Assembly (NCBI RefSeq): GCF_001677475.2
Contig: NZ_CP015229.1
Length of the DNA stretch: 64,000 nt
Source of the DNA: Escherichia coli
Lineage (GTDB): Bacteria > Pseudomonadota > Gammaproteobacteria > Enterobacterales > Enterobacteriaceae
Reading direction: 5' to 3' (one strand)
A program made the translations under genes and the position numbers. Under the pieces are notes generated by a model. The model was not told the DNA's origin, made no database searches, and saw only the letters and a list, made by a program, of their open reading frames with translations. This document shows, piece by piece, positions 14,957 to 29,312 of the stretch (positions within the stretch are counted from its first letter, which is position 1; each line of letters opens with the position of its first letter).

Positions 14957-17900
14957 GTGAAAGATTTATTAAAGTTTCTGAAAGCGCAGACTAAAACCGA
15001 AGAGTTTGATGCGATCAAAATTGCTCTGGCTTCGCCAGACATGATCCGTTCATGGTCTTTCGGTGAAGTTAAAAAGCCGGAAACCATCAACTACCGTACG
15101 TTCAAACCAGAACGTGACGGCCTTTTCTGCGCCCGTATCTTTGGGCCGGTAAAAGATTACGAGTGCCTGTGCGGTAAGTACAAGCGCCTGAAACACCGTG
15201 GCGTCATCTGTGAGAAGTGCGGCGTTGAAGTGACCCAGACTAAAGTACGCCGTGAGCGTATGGGCCACATCGAACTGGCTTCCCCGACTGCGCACATCTG
15301 GTTCCTGAAATCGCTGCCGTCCCGTATCGGCCTGCTGCTCGATATGCCGCTGCGCGATATCGAACGCGTACTGTACTTCGAATCCTATGTGGTTATCGAA
15401 GGCGGTATGACCAACCTGGAACGTCAGCAGATCCTGACTGAAGAGCAGTATCTGGACGCGCTGGAAGAGTTCGGTGACGAATTCGACGCGAAAATGGGTG
15501 CGGAAGCAATCCAGGCCCTGCTGAAGAGCATGGATCTGGAGCAAGAGTGCGAACAGCTGCGTGAAGAGCTGAACGAAACTAACTCCGAAACCAAGCGTAA
15601 AAAGCTGACCAAGCGTATCAAACTGCTGGAAGCGTTCGTTCAGTCTGGTAACAAACCAGAGTGGATGATCCTGACCGTTCTGCCGGTACTGCCGCCAGAT
15701 CTGCGTCCGCTGGTTCCGCTGGATGGTGGTCGTTTCGCGACTTCTGACCTGAACGATCTGTATCGTCGCGTCATTAACCGTAACAACCGTCTGAAACGTC
15801 TGCTGGATCTGGCTGCGCCGGACATCATCGTACGTAACGAAAAACGTATGCTGCAGGAAGCGGTTGACGCCCTGTTGGATAACGGTCGTCGCGGTCGTGC
15901 GATCACCGGTTCTAACAAGCGTCCTCTGAAATCTTTGGCCGACATGATCAAAGGTAAACAGGGTCGTTTCCGTCAGAACTTGCTCGGTAAGCGTGTTGAC
16001 TACTCCGGTCGTTCTGTAATCACCGTAGGTCCATACCTGCGTCTGCATCAGTGCGGTCTGCCGAAGAAAATGGCACTGGAGCTGTTCAAACCGTTCATCT
16101 ATGGCAAGCTGGAACTGCGTGGTCTTGCTACCACCATTAAAGCTGCGAAGAAAATGGTTGAGCGCGAAGAAGCTGTCGTTTGGGATATCCTGGACGAAGT
16201 TATCCGCGAACACCCGGTACTGCTGAACCGTGCACCGACTCTGCACCGTCTGGGTATCCAGGCATTTGAACCGGTACTGATCGAAGGTAAAGCTATCCAG
16301 CTGCACCCGCTGGTTTGTGCGGCATATAACGCCGACTTCGATGGTGACCAGATGGCTGTTCACGTACCGCTGACGCTGGAAGCCCAGCTGGAAGCGCGTG
16401 CGCTGATGATGTCTACCAACAACATCCTGTCCCCGGCGAACGGCGAACCAATCATCGTTCCGTCTCAGGACGTTGTTCTGGGTCTGTACTATATGACCCG
16501 TGACTGTGTTAACGCCAAAGGCGAAGGCATGGTGCTGACTGGCCCGAAAGAAGCAGAACGTCTGTATCGCTCTGGTCTGGCTTCTCTGCATGCGCGCGTT
16601 AAAGTGCGTATCACCGAGTATGAAAAAGATGCTAACGGTGAATTAGTAGCGAAAACCAGCCTGAAAGACACGACTGTTGGCCGTGCCATTCTGTGGATGA
16701 TTGTACCGAAAGGTCTGCCTTACTCCATCGTCAACCAGGCGCTGGGTAAAAAAGCAATCTCCAAAATGCTGAACACCTGCTACCGCATTCTCGGTCTGAA
16801 ACCGACCGTTATTTTTGCGGACCAGATCATGTACACCGGCTTCGCCTATGCAGCGCGTTCTGGTGCATCTGTTGGTATCGATGACATGGTCATCCCGGAG
16901 AAGAAACACGAAATCATCTCCGAGGCAGAAGCAGAAGTTGCTGAAATTCAGGAGCAGTTCCAGTCTGGTCTGGTAACTGCGGGCGAACGCTACAACAAAG
17001 TTATCGATATCTGGGCTGCGGCGAACGATCGTGTATCCAAAGCGATGATGGATAACCTGCAAACTGAAACCGTTATTAACCGTGACGGTCAGGAAGAGAA
17101 GCAGGTTTCCTTCAACAGCATCTACATGATGGCCGACTCCGGTGCGCGTGGTTCTGCGGCACAGATTCGTCAGCTTGCTGGTATGCGTGGTCTGATGGCG
17201 AAGCCGGATGGCTCCATCATCGAAACGCCAATCACCGCGAACTTCCGTGAAGGCCTGAACGTACTCCAGTACTTCATCTCCACCCACGGTGCTCGTAAGG
17301 GTCTGGCGGATACCGCACTGAAAACTGCGAACTCCGGTTACCTGACTCGTCGTCTGGTTGACGTGGCGCAGGACCTGGTGGTTACCGAAGACGATTGTGG
17401 TACCCATGAAGGTATCATGATGACTCCGGTTATCGAGGGTGGTGACGTTAAAGAGCCGCTGCGCGATCGCGTACTGGGTCGTGTAACTGCTGAAGACGTT
17501 CTGAAGCCGGGTACTGCTGATATACTCGTTCCGCGCAACACGCTGCTGCACGAACAGTGGTGTGACCTGCTGGAAGAGAACTCTGTCGACGCGGTTAAAG
17601 TACGTTCTGTTGTATCTTGTGACACCGACTTTGGTGTATGTGCGCACTGCTACGGTCGTGACCTGGCGCGTGGCCACATCATCAACAAAGGTGAGGCAAT
17701 CGGTGTTATCGCGGCACAGTCCATCGGTGAACCGGGTACACAGCTGACCATGCGTACGTTCCACATCGGTGGTGCGGCATCTCGTGCGGCTGCTGAATCC
17801 AGCATCCAGGTGAAAAACAAAGGTAGCATCAAGCTCAGCAACGTGAAGTCGGTTGTGAACTCCAGCGGTAAACTGGTTATCACTTCCCGTAACACCGAAC

Positions 17901-19180
17901 TGAAACTGATCGACGAATTCGGTCGTACCAAAGAAAGCTACAAAGTGCCTTACGGTGCGGTACTGGCGAAAGGCGATGGCGAACAGGTTGCTGGTGGCGA
18001 AACCGTTGCAAACTGGGACCCGCACACCATGCCGGTTATCACCGAAGTAAGCGGTTTTGTACGCTTTACTGACATGATCGACGGCCAGACCATTACGCGT
18101 CAGACCGACGAACTGACCGGTCTGTCTTCGCTGGTGGTTCTGGATTCCGCAGAACGTACCGCAGGTGGTAAAGATCTGCGTCCGGCACTGAAAATCGTTG
18201 ATGCTCAGGGTAACGACGTTCTGATCCCGGGTACCGATATGCCTGCGCAGTACTTCCTGCCGGGTAAAGCGATTGTTCAGCTGGAAGATGGCGTACAGAT
18301 CAGCTCTGGTGACACCCTGGCGCGTATTCCGCAGGAATCCGGCGGTACCAAGGACATCACCGGTGGTCTGCCGCGCGTTGCGGACCTGTTCGAAGCACGT
18401 CGTCCGAAAGAGCCGGCAATCCTGGCTGAAATCAGCGGTATCGTTTCCTTCGGTAAAGAAACCAAAGGTAAACGTCGTCTGGTTATCACCCCGGTAGATG
18501 GTAGCGATCCGTACGAAGAGATGATTCCGAAATGGCGTCAGCTCAACGTGTTTGAAGGTGAACGTGTAGAACGTGGTGACGTAATTTCCGACGGTCCGGA
18601 AGCGCCGCACGACATTCTGCGTCTGCGTGGTGTTCATGCTGTTACTCGTTACATCGTTAACGAAGTACAGGACGTATACCGTCTGCAGGGCGTTAAGATT
18701 AACGATAAACACATCGAAGTTATCGTTCGTCAGATGCTGCGTAAAGCTACCATCGTTAACGCGGGCAGCTCCGACTTCCTGGAAGGCGAACAGGTTGAAT
18801 ACTCTCGCGTCAAGATCGCAAACCGCGAACTGGAAGCGAACGGCAAAGTGGGTGCAACTTACTCCCGCGATCTGCTGGGTATCACCAAAGCGTCTCTGGC
18901 AACCGAGTCCTTCATCTCCGCGGCATCGTTCCAGGAGACCACTCGCGTGCTGACCGAAGCAGCCGTTGCGGGCAAACGCGACGAACTGCGCGGCCTGAAA
19001 GAGAACGTTATCGTGGGTCGTCTGATCCCGGCTGGTACCGGTTACGCGTATCACCAGGATCGTATGCGTCGCCGTGCTGCGGGTGAAGCTCCGGCTGCAC
19101 CGCAGGTGACTGCAGAAGACGCATCTGCCAGCCTGGCAGAACTGCTGAACGCAGGTCTGGGCGGTTCTGATAACGAGTAA
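14957..19180 (+). CDS. rpoC: DNA-directed RNA polymerase subunit beta'
   Basis: 1407-aa ORF starting GTG ([17 protein letters not shown]...), zinc-binding Cys cluster, NADFDGD active site. Confidence 0.98.
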
Positions 19181-19201
19181 TCGTTAATCCGAAAATAACG
19201 T

Positions 19202-19228
19202 AAAAACCCGCTTCGGCGGGTTTTTTTA
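19202..19228 (+). terminator. rpoC intrinsic terminator
   Basis: Hairpin AAAAACCCGCUUCGGCGGGUUUUUUUA 22 nt after the rpoC stop. Confidence 0.85.
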
Positions 19229-19261
19229 TGGGAGTTATTCAGAGGGCAAAGTCTTCACGGG

Positions 19262-19308
19262 AAATATTAAGAAAGGCAGGGCGAAACGAGGAAGAAGCTT
19301 TTCGCCCT
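19262..19308 (-). terminator. Putative terminator of the thi operon
   Basis: Minus-strand hairpin CAGGGCGAAA...UUUCGCCCUG followed by a U-rich tract downstream of the thiH stop. Confidence 0.4.
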
Positions 19309-19421
19309 GGACAACATTCCTGCTGACGGCACTACCATAAAAAAACACAACGCTTTCAACAACCTTGCGTTTTTCATCTTCCGGAGCTGCTCGGAATAAA
19401 TTTACGTTCTTACATTCCGTC

Positions 19422-20555
19422 TCATGGCCTTTGCGAGGCGCGTCCCAGATAGCTGTCCCAGTCTTTCCATACCGGCTGCAAACCCTGAGCGGTTAACGCG
19501 GCAGCAACCGCTTCCGGTCTGCGATCGTCGTGTGGTGAGAACTGTTCCAGCTCGGGGTGATTGTCGGCATAACCCCCTGGCTGCGTTTTCGAGAAGGCGC
19601 TGACGTTATTGATCGCCAGCGGAATAACGCGATCGCGAAACCACGGTGATTCCCGCGTGGAGAGTGACAGTTCAATCTCCGGTGCAAGCAGTCGGAAGGC
19701 GCAGATGGTTTGCACTAACTGGCGTTCATCCATAATCGACGCAGGCTCAATGCCGCCAGTACACGGGCGCAGGCGCGGAAAGGAGACAGAGTAACGGCTT
19801 TGCCAGTAATGCTGTTGCAGCCATAGCAAATGTTCGGCAACCATATAGCAGTCAACGCGCCAGCTGTCGGAAAGGCCAATTAGCGCGCCGAGGCCTATCT
19901 TATCAATCCCCGCACACCCCAGCCGATCCGGCGTTTCCAGCCGCCAGAAGAAGTCCTGTTTTTTGCCTTTCAGATGATGACGGGCATATGTCGCCTCGTG
20001 ATACGTCTCCTGATAAACCATCACCCCATCGAGACCAAGCTGTTTTAGCTCGGCATATTCCGCCTCCGCCAGCGGTTGCACTTCCAGCTGTAGTGAAGAG
20101 AACTGTTCACGCAGGGCAGGAAGATGACGACGAAAGTAATCCATCCCCACTTTCGCCTGATGTTCACCAGTGACTAATAGCAGATGTTCAAAGCCCATCT
20201 CCCGTATAGCGGCGCTTTCCCTGGCAATATCCGCTTCATCCAGCGTTTTGCGCTTGATGCGGTTGCTCATGGAAAATCCGCAGTACGTGCAGTCGTTAGC
20301 GCAAAGATTGGAAAGATAAAGCGGGACGTAAAGACTGACAACGTTGCCAAATCGTTGACGGGTCAGACGCTGCGCCCGTTGGGCCAGTGGTTCCAGATAG
20401 CCACTGGCGGCTGGCGATAACAGCGCCATCATATCGTCGCGGGTGAGTTGCGAGGCATTTAGCGCCCGCTCTACGTCAGCAGCCGTTTTGCTGTTGATAT
20501 GCAGGCGGATGTCGTCCCAGTCCAGTTGTCGCCAGCGATCGCTGAAGGTTTTCAT
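19422..20555 (-). CDS. thiH: 2-iminoacetate synthase (radical SAM, thiazole biosynthesis)
   Basis: 377-aa ORF with CxxxCxxC radical-SAM motif ([10 protein letters not shown]). Confidence 0.95.
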   Translation of the reverse strand: MKTFSDRWRQLDWDDIRLHINSKTAADVERALNASQLTRDDMMALLSPAASGYLEPLAQRAQRLTRQRFGNVVSLYVPLYLSNLCANDCTYCGFSMSNRIKRKTLDEADIARESAAIREMGFEHLLLVTGEHQAKVGMDYFRRHLPALREQFSSLQLEVQPLAEAEYAELKQLGLDGVMVYQETYHEATYARHHLKGKKQDFFWRLETPDRLGCAGIDKIGLGALIGLSDSWRVDCYMVAEHLLWLQQHYWQSRYSVSFPRLRPCTGGIEPASIMDERQLVQTICAFRLLAPEIELSLSTRESPWFRDRVIPLAINNVSAFSKTQPGGYADNHPELEQFSPHDDRRPEAVAAALTAQGLQPVWKDWDSYLGRASQRP

Positions 20556-21322
20556 GCCGATGCCTCCAGAAATCCGGTCAGCGGGCTGGTGGCATGAGCA
20601 AAATGACTGCGGCTGCCCGGTCCGGCCTGACGTGCCAGCAGGCCTGCTTCTACCGCCAGGCGAAATGCCTTCGCCATGTTGACGGGATCGTCCGCGACGG
20701 CAATCGCCGTATTCACTAACACCGCGTCGGCCCCCATTTCCAGCGCCTGCGCGGCATGGCTGGGAACGCCGATGCCAGCGTCGACAACCACCGGAACCGT
20801 GGCTTGCTGGATAATAATCTCCAGCATGGCACGGGTTTCCAGTCCCTGATTCGAGCCAATCGGCGCGCCGAGCGGCATCACCGCTGCACAGCCGACTTCT
20901 TCCAGACGTTTACACAATACCGGATCGGCCCCGCAGTAAGGCAGCACGACAAATCCCTGTTGTACCAGCGTTTCGGCGGCTTTCAGGGTTTCGATGGGAT
21001 CGGGCAACAGCCAGCGGGCGTCAGGGTGAATCTCTAATTTTAGCCAGTTTGTGCCTAACGCTTCACGTGCCAGATGGGCGGCGAAAATGGCTTCTTCCGC
21101 TGTTTTCGCCCCGGATGTATTCGGTAGCAGGGTCACACCCGCCGCGATAAGCGGTTCGAGGATAGCGTCGTTGTGCTGGCGCAAGTCGACACGTTTCATC
21201 GCCAGCGTCACCAGTTGGCTGCCGGAAGCGCGAATAGACTCCACCATCAGTTGTGATGAGGCGAATTTCCCGGTGCCGGTAAACAGATGTGAATCAAACG
21301 TTTTGTCCGCAATACGTAACAT
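20552..21322 (-). CDS. thiG: Thiazole synthase
   Basis: ORF track 342 aa is an upstream extension; start set to ATG giving 256 aa ([20 protein letters not shown]...). Confidence 0.93.
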   Translation of the reverse strand: MLRIADKTFDSHLFTGTGKFASSQLMVESIRASGSQLVTLAMKRVDLRQHNDAILEPLIAAGVTLLPNTSGAKTAEEAIFAAHLAREALGTNWLKLEIHPDARWLLPDPIETLKAAETLVQQGFVVLPYCGADPVLCKRLEEVGCAAVMPLGAPIGSNQGLETRAMLEIIIQQATVPVVVDAGIGVPSHAAQALEMGADAVLVNTAIAVADDPVNMAKAFRLAVEAGLLARQAGPGSRSHFAHATSPLTGFLEASA

Positions 21323-21323
21323 C

Positions 21324-21524
21324 TCAACCCCCTGCAATAACCTGAAAAAGCAGGATCTGGTCGCCATCCTGCACGATATGTTGCGCCCACTGCTCACGCG
21401 GGACGATTTGCTGATTAATCGCCAGAGCCGCGCCCGCTTGTCGTTGGTCGAGTTGCTCCAGTAGTTCGTGAACCGTTTGCCCGGCGGCGCACTGCATCGG
21501 TTGATCGTTAAACAGGATCTGCAT
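21324..21524 (-). CDS. thiS: Sulfur carrier protein ThiS
   Basis: 66-aa product [15 protein letters not shown]... ending in GG (ubiquitin-like C-terminus). Confidence 0.92.
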   Translation of the reverse strand: MQILFNDQPMQCAAGQTVHELLEQLDQRQAGAALAINQQIVPREQWAQHIVQDGDQILLFQVIAGG

Positions 21525-22263
21525 TGCTTCCTCCGCATACTGGGCAACCACTGGCGCGGCGCAGCGCCAGGCTGCGCCACTGGCTAGACTTACCGTCGAA
21601 CAGTCGGAGTTCTCCCGCAGGCGTCTCTATACCGCTTAATAACTTAATGGCTTCCAGTGCCTGCAAAGTGCCCATAACCCCGACGACCGGGCCAACCACG
21701 CCCGCCGTGCGGCAGTTGCGTTCAGGCTCCTGGTTATCTGGCCACAGGCAGCGGTAACACCCCTGCTCCCAGGGCGGCGTCAGTACCATCAACTGACCGC
21801 CAAATCCGACCGCGCTGGCGGTGATAAGCGGCGTGTTGAGTGCCACGCAGGCGGCATTAATCTCCTGGCGAGTCGCCATATTGTCGGCACAGTCGAGCAC
21901 CACATCGGCTTGTGCAACCGCATCTTTTAACGCCTCACCCGTTAACCGTTGTTGTAGTGCTGTCAGTTGAATATCGGGATTCAACTGTGTCAGTCGCTGT
22001 TGGCTGACCTGCGATTTCGGGCGATCGATATCTTCAGTGGTAAAGAGGATTTGTCGTTGCAGATTGCTTAAATGCACATCGTCGTCATCTACCAGTACCA
22101 GCGTCCCGACGCCAGCGCCCGCCAGGTACAGCGCAGCAGGTGTCCCCAGCCCGCCAAGACCAATAATCAGCACCTGGCTATCGAGAAGTTTTTGCTGCCC
22201 GTCAAGAGCGATATCGTCGAGCAGGATTTGGCGGCTATAACGCATAAAATCACGGTCATTCAT
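21508..22263 (-). CDS. thiF: ThiS adenylyltransferase (E1-like)
   Basis: 251-aa product [15 protein letters not shown]... with GxGxxG nucleotide-binding motif and C-terminal CxxC. Confidence 0.93.
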   Translation of the reverse strand: MNDRDFMRYSRQILLDDIALDGQQKLLDSQVLIIGLGGLGTPAALYLAGAGVGTLVLVDDDDVHLSNLQRQILFTTEDIDRPKSQVSQQRLTQLNPDIQLTALQQRLTGEALKDAVAQADVVLDCADNMATRQEINAACVALNTPLITASAVGFGGQLMVLTPPWEQGCYRCLWPDNQEPERNCRTAGVVGPVVGVMGTLQALEAIKLLSGIETPAGELRLFDGKSSQWRSLALRRASGCPVCGGSNADPV

Positions 22264-22890
22264 CGCCAACTCCTGCAATTTCCTGCAACTGTGCCGTTGC
22301 CAAACGCCAGTCTGCGGCTTGAGTAATGGCGCTGACAACGGCGATACTGCCGACACCCGTCGCCATTACCGCTGGCGCGCGCGCCAGACTGATACCGCCA
22401 ATCGCCACGGTGGGATAATCCGCCAGTCGCTCAACATGCCGTGCCAGCTGTTCCAGCCCCTGCGGTGCAGAAGGCATCTGTTTGGTTTGCGTCGGGAACA
22501 CATGTCCCAGCGCGATATAAGAAGGGCGTGCTGCCAGCGCGACGTCGATTTCCATATCATCATGGGTCGAAACGCCCAGCCGCAGACCAGCCGCGCGGAT
22601 GGCGCTGAGATCGGTGGCTTGCAAATCTTCCTGCCCCAAATGGACGCCATACGCCTGATGCTTGATCGCCAGCCGCCAGTAATCGTTGATAAACAATCGC
22701 GCGTTATAGCGGCGGCCCAGTGTAATTGCCGTCACGACATCGGCTTCCACCTCTTCATCGCGCCGATCTTTGATGCGTAGCTGGAGAGTACGTACACCTG
22801 CATCCAACAGACGTTCGATCCACTGTACGCTGTCCACCACCGGGTACAGTCCTAAACGAAAGGGTACAGGAGGAAAATCAGGCTGATACA

Positions 22891-22891
<1 letters not shown>
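22256..22891 (-). CDS. thiE: Thiamine-phosphate synthase
   Basis: 211-aa product [19 protein letters not shown]...; an ATG one codon upstream (22894) is an alternative start. Confidence 0.92.
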
Positions 22892-24789
<1,898 letters not shown>

Positions 24790-24794
24790 TCATT

Positions 24795-24960
24795 CCAAAA
24801 AGTTAAGGACGTGGCTTGTCAGACGACGGATGAAGCAAGAGACGATCGCCGCAGGGGCGATGCGATAGCAGATTAACTCTTGTTCCCTTCGCAGGTATTA
24901 GCCTGATCAGGTTCCGCGGATCCCGAATAAACGGTCTCAGCCAGTTAAGGCACTCCGACA
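24795..24960 (-). promoter_or_regulatory. TPP riboswitch (thi-box) in the thiC leader
   Basis: Minus-strand leader contains ...GGAGUGCCUUAACUGGCUGAGACCGUUUAUUCGGGAUCCGCGGAACCUGAUCAGGCUAAUACCUGCGAAGGGAACAAG..., carrying the conserved CUGAGA core and flanking helices of the TPP aptamer. Confidence 0.8.
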
Positions 24961-24984
24961 AGAAATTAGCCCCACACACGGGGC
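24960..24984 (-). terminator. Putative rsd terminator
   Basis: Minus-strand hairpin GCCCCGUGUGUGGGGC followed by UAAUUUCUU. Confidence 0.45.
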
Positions 24985-25018
24985 GTTGAATGTAAATTAC
25001 GCGTTAACAGCGTAGAAC

Positions 25019-25495
25019 TCAAGCGGGATGTTTGACGCGGGCGGCGTCAAGTACCAGCAGAATCAACTTATCTTCCAGCACAAAGCGTGCTTCCAGCGCC
25101 TCGCCGATGTCAGATAAAACCTGTTGAAACTCAAGGTAATTATCATGATCGATGGCGGTTTCCAGGCTGGAATCGTAGTAATCCATAATCTGTTGGGTAT
25201 TGGCTTCGAGTTGCGGCCAAATCTTCGCGGCGCGCGCGAGTTGCCCGTTGCCTTCCAGCTTATGAAGAATGCGCTCATAAATACTGAAATGTCCGGCAGA
25301 CAAGTAATCGACCAGGCTCTGACAAAAATCATCAAGGGCTTTTTCGTTTAGCCTCATGTACGATTCTTTGCCAGGCTTAATGCCAACCAGATTGTAGTAA
25401 GCCACGAGCAGATGCTTACGTACATGTAGCCAGCGATCAACCAGTTTGTTACTTCCTCTGACGCGCTCCGTCAGGTTATCGAGCTGGTTAAGCAT
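25019..25495 (-). CDS. rsd: Regulator of sigma D (anti-sigma70)
   Basis: 158-aa ORF MLNQLDNLTERVRGSNKLVDRWLHVRKHLL... Confidence 0.93.
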   Translation of the reverse strand: MLNQLDNLTERVRGSNKLVDRWLHVRKHLLVAYYNLVGIKPGKESYMRLNEKALDDFCQSLVDYLSAGHFSIYERILHKLEGNGQLARAAKIWPQLEANTQQIMDYYDSSLETAIDHDNYLEFQQVLSDIGEALEARFVLEDKLILLVLDAARVKHPA

Positions 25496-25589
25496 GATTG
25501 ACTCCGCAAGTTTGTATTCAAAAACTGCTCTGTGAGAAATGTAAAAACCATGTTAAACATGCCAGTGATGCAAAGGTAGTGCAAGAGCT

Positions 25590-26363
25590 ATGGATCGTAT
25601 AATTGAAAAATTAGATCACGGCTGGTGGGTCGTCAGCCATGAACAAAAATTATGGTTGCCGAAGGGAGAATTGCCATATGGCGAAGCGGCAAATTTCGAT
25701 CTTGTGGGTCAGCGCGCACTACAAATCGGCGAATGGCAGGGGGAACCTGTTTGGTTAGTACAACAGCAGCGGCGTCACGATATGGGGTCGGTACGTCAGG
25801 TCATTGATCTCGATGTTGGGCTGTTTCAACTGGCCGGACGTGGCGTGCAACTGGCGGAGTTTTACCGATCGCATAAATACTGTGGTTACTGCGGGCATGA
25901 AATGTATCCAAGCAAAACCGAATGGGCGATGCTGTGCAGCCATTGCCGTGAGCGTTACTACCCGCAAATCGCCCCCTGCATTATTGTTGCCATCCGTCGC
26001 GATGATTCGATCCTCCTCGCCCAGCATACCCGCCATCGTAACGGTGTCCATACAGTACTTGCCGGATTCGTCGAAGTGGGTGAAACCCTCGAGCAGGCAG
26101 TCGCGCGGGAAGTGATGGAAGAGAGCGGCATCAAAGTCAAAAATCTGCGTTATGTGACCTCCCAACCGTGGCCGTTTCCCCAGTCTTTAATGACCGCGTT
26201 TATGGCGGAATATGACAGCGGCGAGATCGTGATCGACCCGAAAGAATTGCTCGAGGCGAACTGGTATCGCTATGACGATTTGCCATTACTCCCGCCGCCC
26301 GGCACTGTAGCGCGCCGTCTGATAGAAGATACGGTGGCGATGTGTCGGGCAGAGTATGAGTGA
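25590..26363 (+). CDS. nudC: NADH pyrophosphatase (Nudix)
   Basis: 257-aa ORF with zinc-ribbon Cys (CGYCGH...CSHC) and Nudix box. Confidence 0.94.
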   Translation: MDRIIEKLDHGWWVVSHEQKLWLPKGELPYGEAANFDLVGQRALQIGEWQGEPVWLVQQQRRHDMGSVRQVIDLDVGLFQLAGRGVQLAEFYRSHKYCGYCGHEMYPSKTEWAMLCSHCRERYYPQIAPCIIVAIRRDDSILLAQHTRHRNGVHTVLAGFVEVGETLEQAVAREVMEESGIKVKNLRYVTSQPWPFPQSLMTAFMAEYDSGEIVIDPKELLEANWYRYDDLPLLPPPGTVARRLIEDTVAMCRAEYE

Positions 26364-26402
26364 TGATACACTGACCGCCTGACGCACTAAGGAACAGCCA
26401 AA

Positions 26403-27467
26403 ATGACCGAACTTAAAAACGATCGTTATCTGCGGGCGCTGCTGCGCCAGCCCGTTGATGTCACTCCAGTATGGATGATGCGCCAGGCGGGTCGCTATCT
26501 ACCAGAATATAAAGCCACGCGTGCTCAGGCGGGCGATTTTATGTCGCTGTGCAAAAACGCCGAACTGGCGTGCGAAGTGACTTTGCAGCCGCTGCGTCGC
26601 TATCCGTTGGACGCGGCGATCCTCTTTTCCGATATCCTCACCGTGCCGGACGCGATGGGGTTAGGGCTCTATTTTGAAGCCGGAGAAGGTCCTCGTTTTA
26701 CCTCGCCAGTCACCTGCAAAGCTGACGTTGATAAACTGCCAATTCCGGATCCGGAAGATGAACTGGGTTACGTGATGAACGCGGTGCGTACCATTCGCCG
26801 CGAACTGAAAGGCGAAGTGCCGCTGATTGGTTTTTCCGGCAGTCCGTGGACGCTGGCGACCTACATGGTGGAAGGCGGCAGCAGCAAAGCGTTCACCGTG
26901 ATCAAAAAAATGATGTATGCCGATCCGCAGGCGCTGCATGCTCTGCTCGATAAACTGGCGAAAAGCGTCACTTTGTATCTGAATGCGCAGATTAAAGCCG
27001 GTGCTCAGGCTGTGATGATTTTCGACACCTGGGGCGGCGTGCTTACCGGGCGCGATTATCAACAGTTCTCGCTTTATTACATGCATAAAATTGTTGATGG
27101 TTTACTGCGTGAAAACGACGGTCGCCGCGTACCGGTCACGCTGTTTACCAAAGGCGGCGGACAGTGGCTGGAAGCCATGGCAGAAACCGGTTGCGATGCG
27201 CTGGGCCTCGACTGGACAACGGATATCGCCGATGCGCGCCGCCGCGTGGGCAATAAAGTCGCGTTGCAGGGTAATATGGATCCGTCGATGCTGTACGCGC
27301 CGCCAGCCCGCATTGAAGAAGAAGTAGCGACTATACTTGCAGGTTTCGGTCACGGCGAAGGTCATGTCTTTAACCTTGGTCACGGCATTCATCAGGATGT
27401 GCCGCCAGAACATGCTGGCGTGTTTGTGGAGGCAGTGCATCGCTTATCTGAACAGTATCACCGCTAA
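26403..27467 (+). CDS. hemE: Uroporphyrinogen decarboxylase
   Basis: 354-aa [39 protein letters not shown]... Confidence 0.96.
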   Translation: MTELKNDRYLRALLRQPVDVTPVWMMRQAGRYLPEYKATRAQAGDFMSLCKNAELACEVTLQPLRRYPLDAAILFSDILTVPDAMGLGLYFEAGEGPRFTSPVTCKADVDKLPIPDPEDELGYVMNAVRTIRRELKGEVPLIGFSGSPWTLATYMVEGGSSKAFTVIKKMMYADPQALHALLDKLAKSVTLYLNAQIKAGAQAVMIFDTWGGVLTGRDYQQFSLYYMHKIVDGLLRENDGRRVPVTLFTKGGGQWLEAMAETGCDALGLDWTTDIADARRRVGNKVALQGNMDPSMLYAPPARIEEEVATILAGFGHGEGHVFNLGHGIHQDVPPEHAGVFVEAVHRLSEQYHR

Positions 27468-27476
27468 GGAGTGATT

Positions 27477-28148
27477 ATGGATCTCGCGTCATTACGCGCT
27501 CAACAAATCGAACTGGCTTCTTCTGTGATCCGCGAGGATCGACTCGATAAAGATCCGCCGGATCTGATCGCCGGAGCCGATGTCGGGTTTGAGCAGGGCG
27601 GAGAAGTGACGCGAGCGGCGATGGTGCTGCTGAAATACCCCTCGCTTGAGCTGGTGGAGTATAAAGTGGCCCGCATCGCCACCACCATGCCTTACATTCC
27701 AGGTTTTCTTTCCTTCCGCGAATATCCTGCGCTGCTGGCAGCGTGGGAGATGCTGTCGCAAAAGCCGGATTTAGTGTTTGTCGATGGTCACGGGATCTCG
27801 CATCCTCGCCGTCTTGGCGTCGCCAGCCACTTTGGTTTGCTGGTGGATGTGCCGACCATTGGCGTGGCGAAAAAACGGCTCTGCGGTAAATTCGAACCGC
27901 TCTCCAGCGAACCGGGCGCGCTGGCCCCACTGATGGATAAAGGCGAGCAGCTGGCCTGGGTCTGGCGCAGCAAAGCGCGCTGTAACCCGTTGTTTATCGC
28001 TACCGGTCATCGGGTCAGCGTGGACAGCGCGCTGGCGTGGGTACAACGCTGCATGAAAGGCTATCGTCTGCCGGAGCCAACGCGCTGGGCGGACGCGGTG
28101 GCCTCGGAACGTCCGGCGTTCGTGCGCTATACAGCAAATCAGCCCTAA
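27477..28148 (+). CDS. nfi: Endonuclease V
   Basis: ORF track 225 aa from GTG; start set to ATG giving 223 aa ([13 protein letters not shown]...). Confidence 0.93.
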
Positions 28149-28190
28149 TTCAGGTAAACTGCGGATAATTTCCGTATTTGAGAACTCAAC

Positions 28191-28781
28191 ATGTTACAAA
28201 ACCCAATTCATCTGCGTCTGGAGCGCCTGGAAAGCTGGCAGCATGTCACTTTCATGGCTTGCTTATGCGAACGCATGTACCCCAATTACGCCATGTTTTG
28301 CCAGCAAACCGGTTTTGGCGATGGGCAAATTTACCGCCGTATTCTCGATCTCATCTGGGAAACGCTGACCGTCAAAGACGCAAAAGTAAATTTCGACAGC
28401 CAACTGGAGAAATTTGAAGAAGCGATTCCTTCAGCCGACGATTTCGATCTGTACGGCGTTTATCCGGCAATCGATGCATGCGTGGCGTTAAGTGAACTGG
28501 TCCATTCGCGTTTGAGTGGTGAAACGCTCGAACACGCGGTAGAAGTGAGTAAGACCTCCATCACAACCGTTGCGATGCTGGAAATGACTCAGGCTGGTCG
28601 CGAAATGAGCGATGAAGAGCTCAAAGAAAACCCAGCTGTAGAGCAAGAATGGGATATTCAGTGGGAAATATTCCGACTTTTAGCTGAGTGCGAAGAACGC
28701 GACATCGAGCTGATAAAAGGCCTTAGGGCAGACCTGCGTGAGGCGGGTGAGAGCAATATTGGTATAATTTTTCAGCAATAA
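28191..28781 (+). CDS. yjaG: DUF416-family protein of unknown function
   Basis: 196-aa ORF, position conserved between nfi and hupA. Confidence 0.88.
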   Translation: MLQNPIHLRLERLESWQHVTFMACLCERMYPNYAMFCQQTGFGDGQIYRRILDLIWETLTVKDAKVNFDSQLEKFEEAIPSADDFDLYGVYPAIDACVALSELVHSRLSGETLEHAVEVSKTSITTVAMLEMTQAGREMSDEELKENPAVEQEWDIQWEIFRLLAECEERDIELIKGLRADLREAGESNIGIIFQQ

Positions 28782-28967
28782 GACCAGAAAACGTGATTTA
28801 ACGCCTGATTTGTCGTACCTGGAGTCTTCCCTTTCGCCCCCCGTCTGGTCTACATTTGGGGGGCGAAAAAAAGTGGCTATCGGTGCGTGTATGCAGGAGA
28901 GTGCTATTCTGGCATTTCCGTCGCACTCGATGCTTAGCAAGCGATAAACACATTGTAAGGATAACTT

Positions 28968-29240
28968 ATGAACAAGACTCAACTGATTGATGTAATTGCA
29001 GAGAAAGCAGAACTGTCCAAAACCCAGGCTAAAGCTGCTCTGGAGTCCACTCTGGCTGCAATTACTGAGTCTCTGAAAGAAGGCGATGCTGTACAACTGG
29101 TTGGTTTCGGTACCTTCAAAGTGAACCACCGCGCTGAGCGTACTGGCCGCAACCCGCAGACCGGTAAAGAAATCAAAATTGCCGCAGCTAACGTACCGGC
29201 ATTTGTTTCTGGCAAGGCACTGAAAGACGCAGTTAAGTAA
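28968..29240 (+). CDS. hupA: DNA-binding protein HU-alpha
   Basis: 90-aa [31 protein letters not shown]... Confidence 0.98.
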
Positions 29241-29267
29241 GATTGCGTGGCAGTGAACAGTTTTAAC

Positions 29268-29298
29268 GAAGGGGTGGTTTCACCCCTTTTGTCTTTCT
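29268..29298 (+). terminator. hupA intrinsic terminator
   Basis: Hairpin AAGGGGUG-GUUU-CACCCCUU followed by UUUGUCUUUCU. Confidence 0.8.
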
Positions 29299-29312
29299 GG
29301 CGTCGATCATTG

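Noticed and set aside
11902-15090. Very long stop-free antisense ORFs inside highly expressed genes: 1062 codons antisense to rpoB, 803 and 513 codons antisense to rpoC, 437 antisense to rplKA, 369 antisense to tufB, 532 and 325 antisense to purH/purD, 301 antisense to thiC
   Set aside because: All are in the codon-aligned antisense frame of the sense gene. Highly expressed E. coli genes avoid the codons TTA, CTA and TCA, whose reverse complements are stop codons, so this frame is open by codon-usage bias alone. They lack Shine-Dalgarno sequences and independent support.
28832-28867. GC-rich inverted repeat UUUCGCCCCCC...GGGGGGCGAAA in the yjaG-hupA spacer as a possible terminator or sRNA
   Set aside because: It is followed by an A-run on the plus strand and preceded by a U-run on the minus strand, so it lacks terminator geometry on either strand; it lies in the known hupA promoter region and there is no further evidence.
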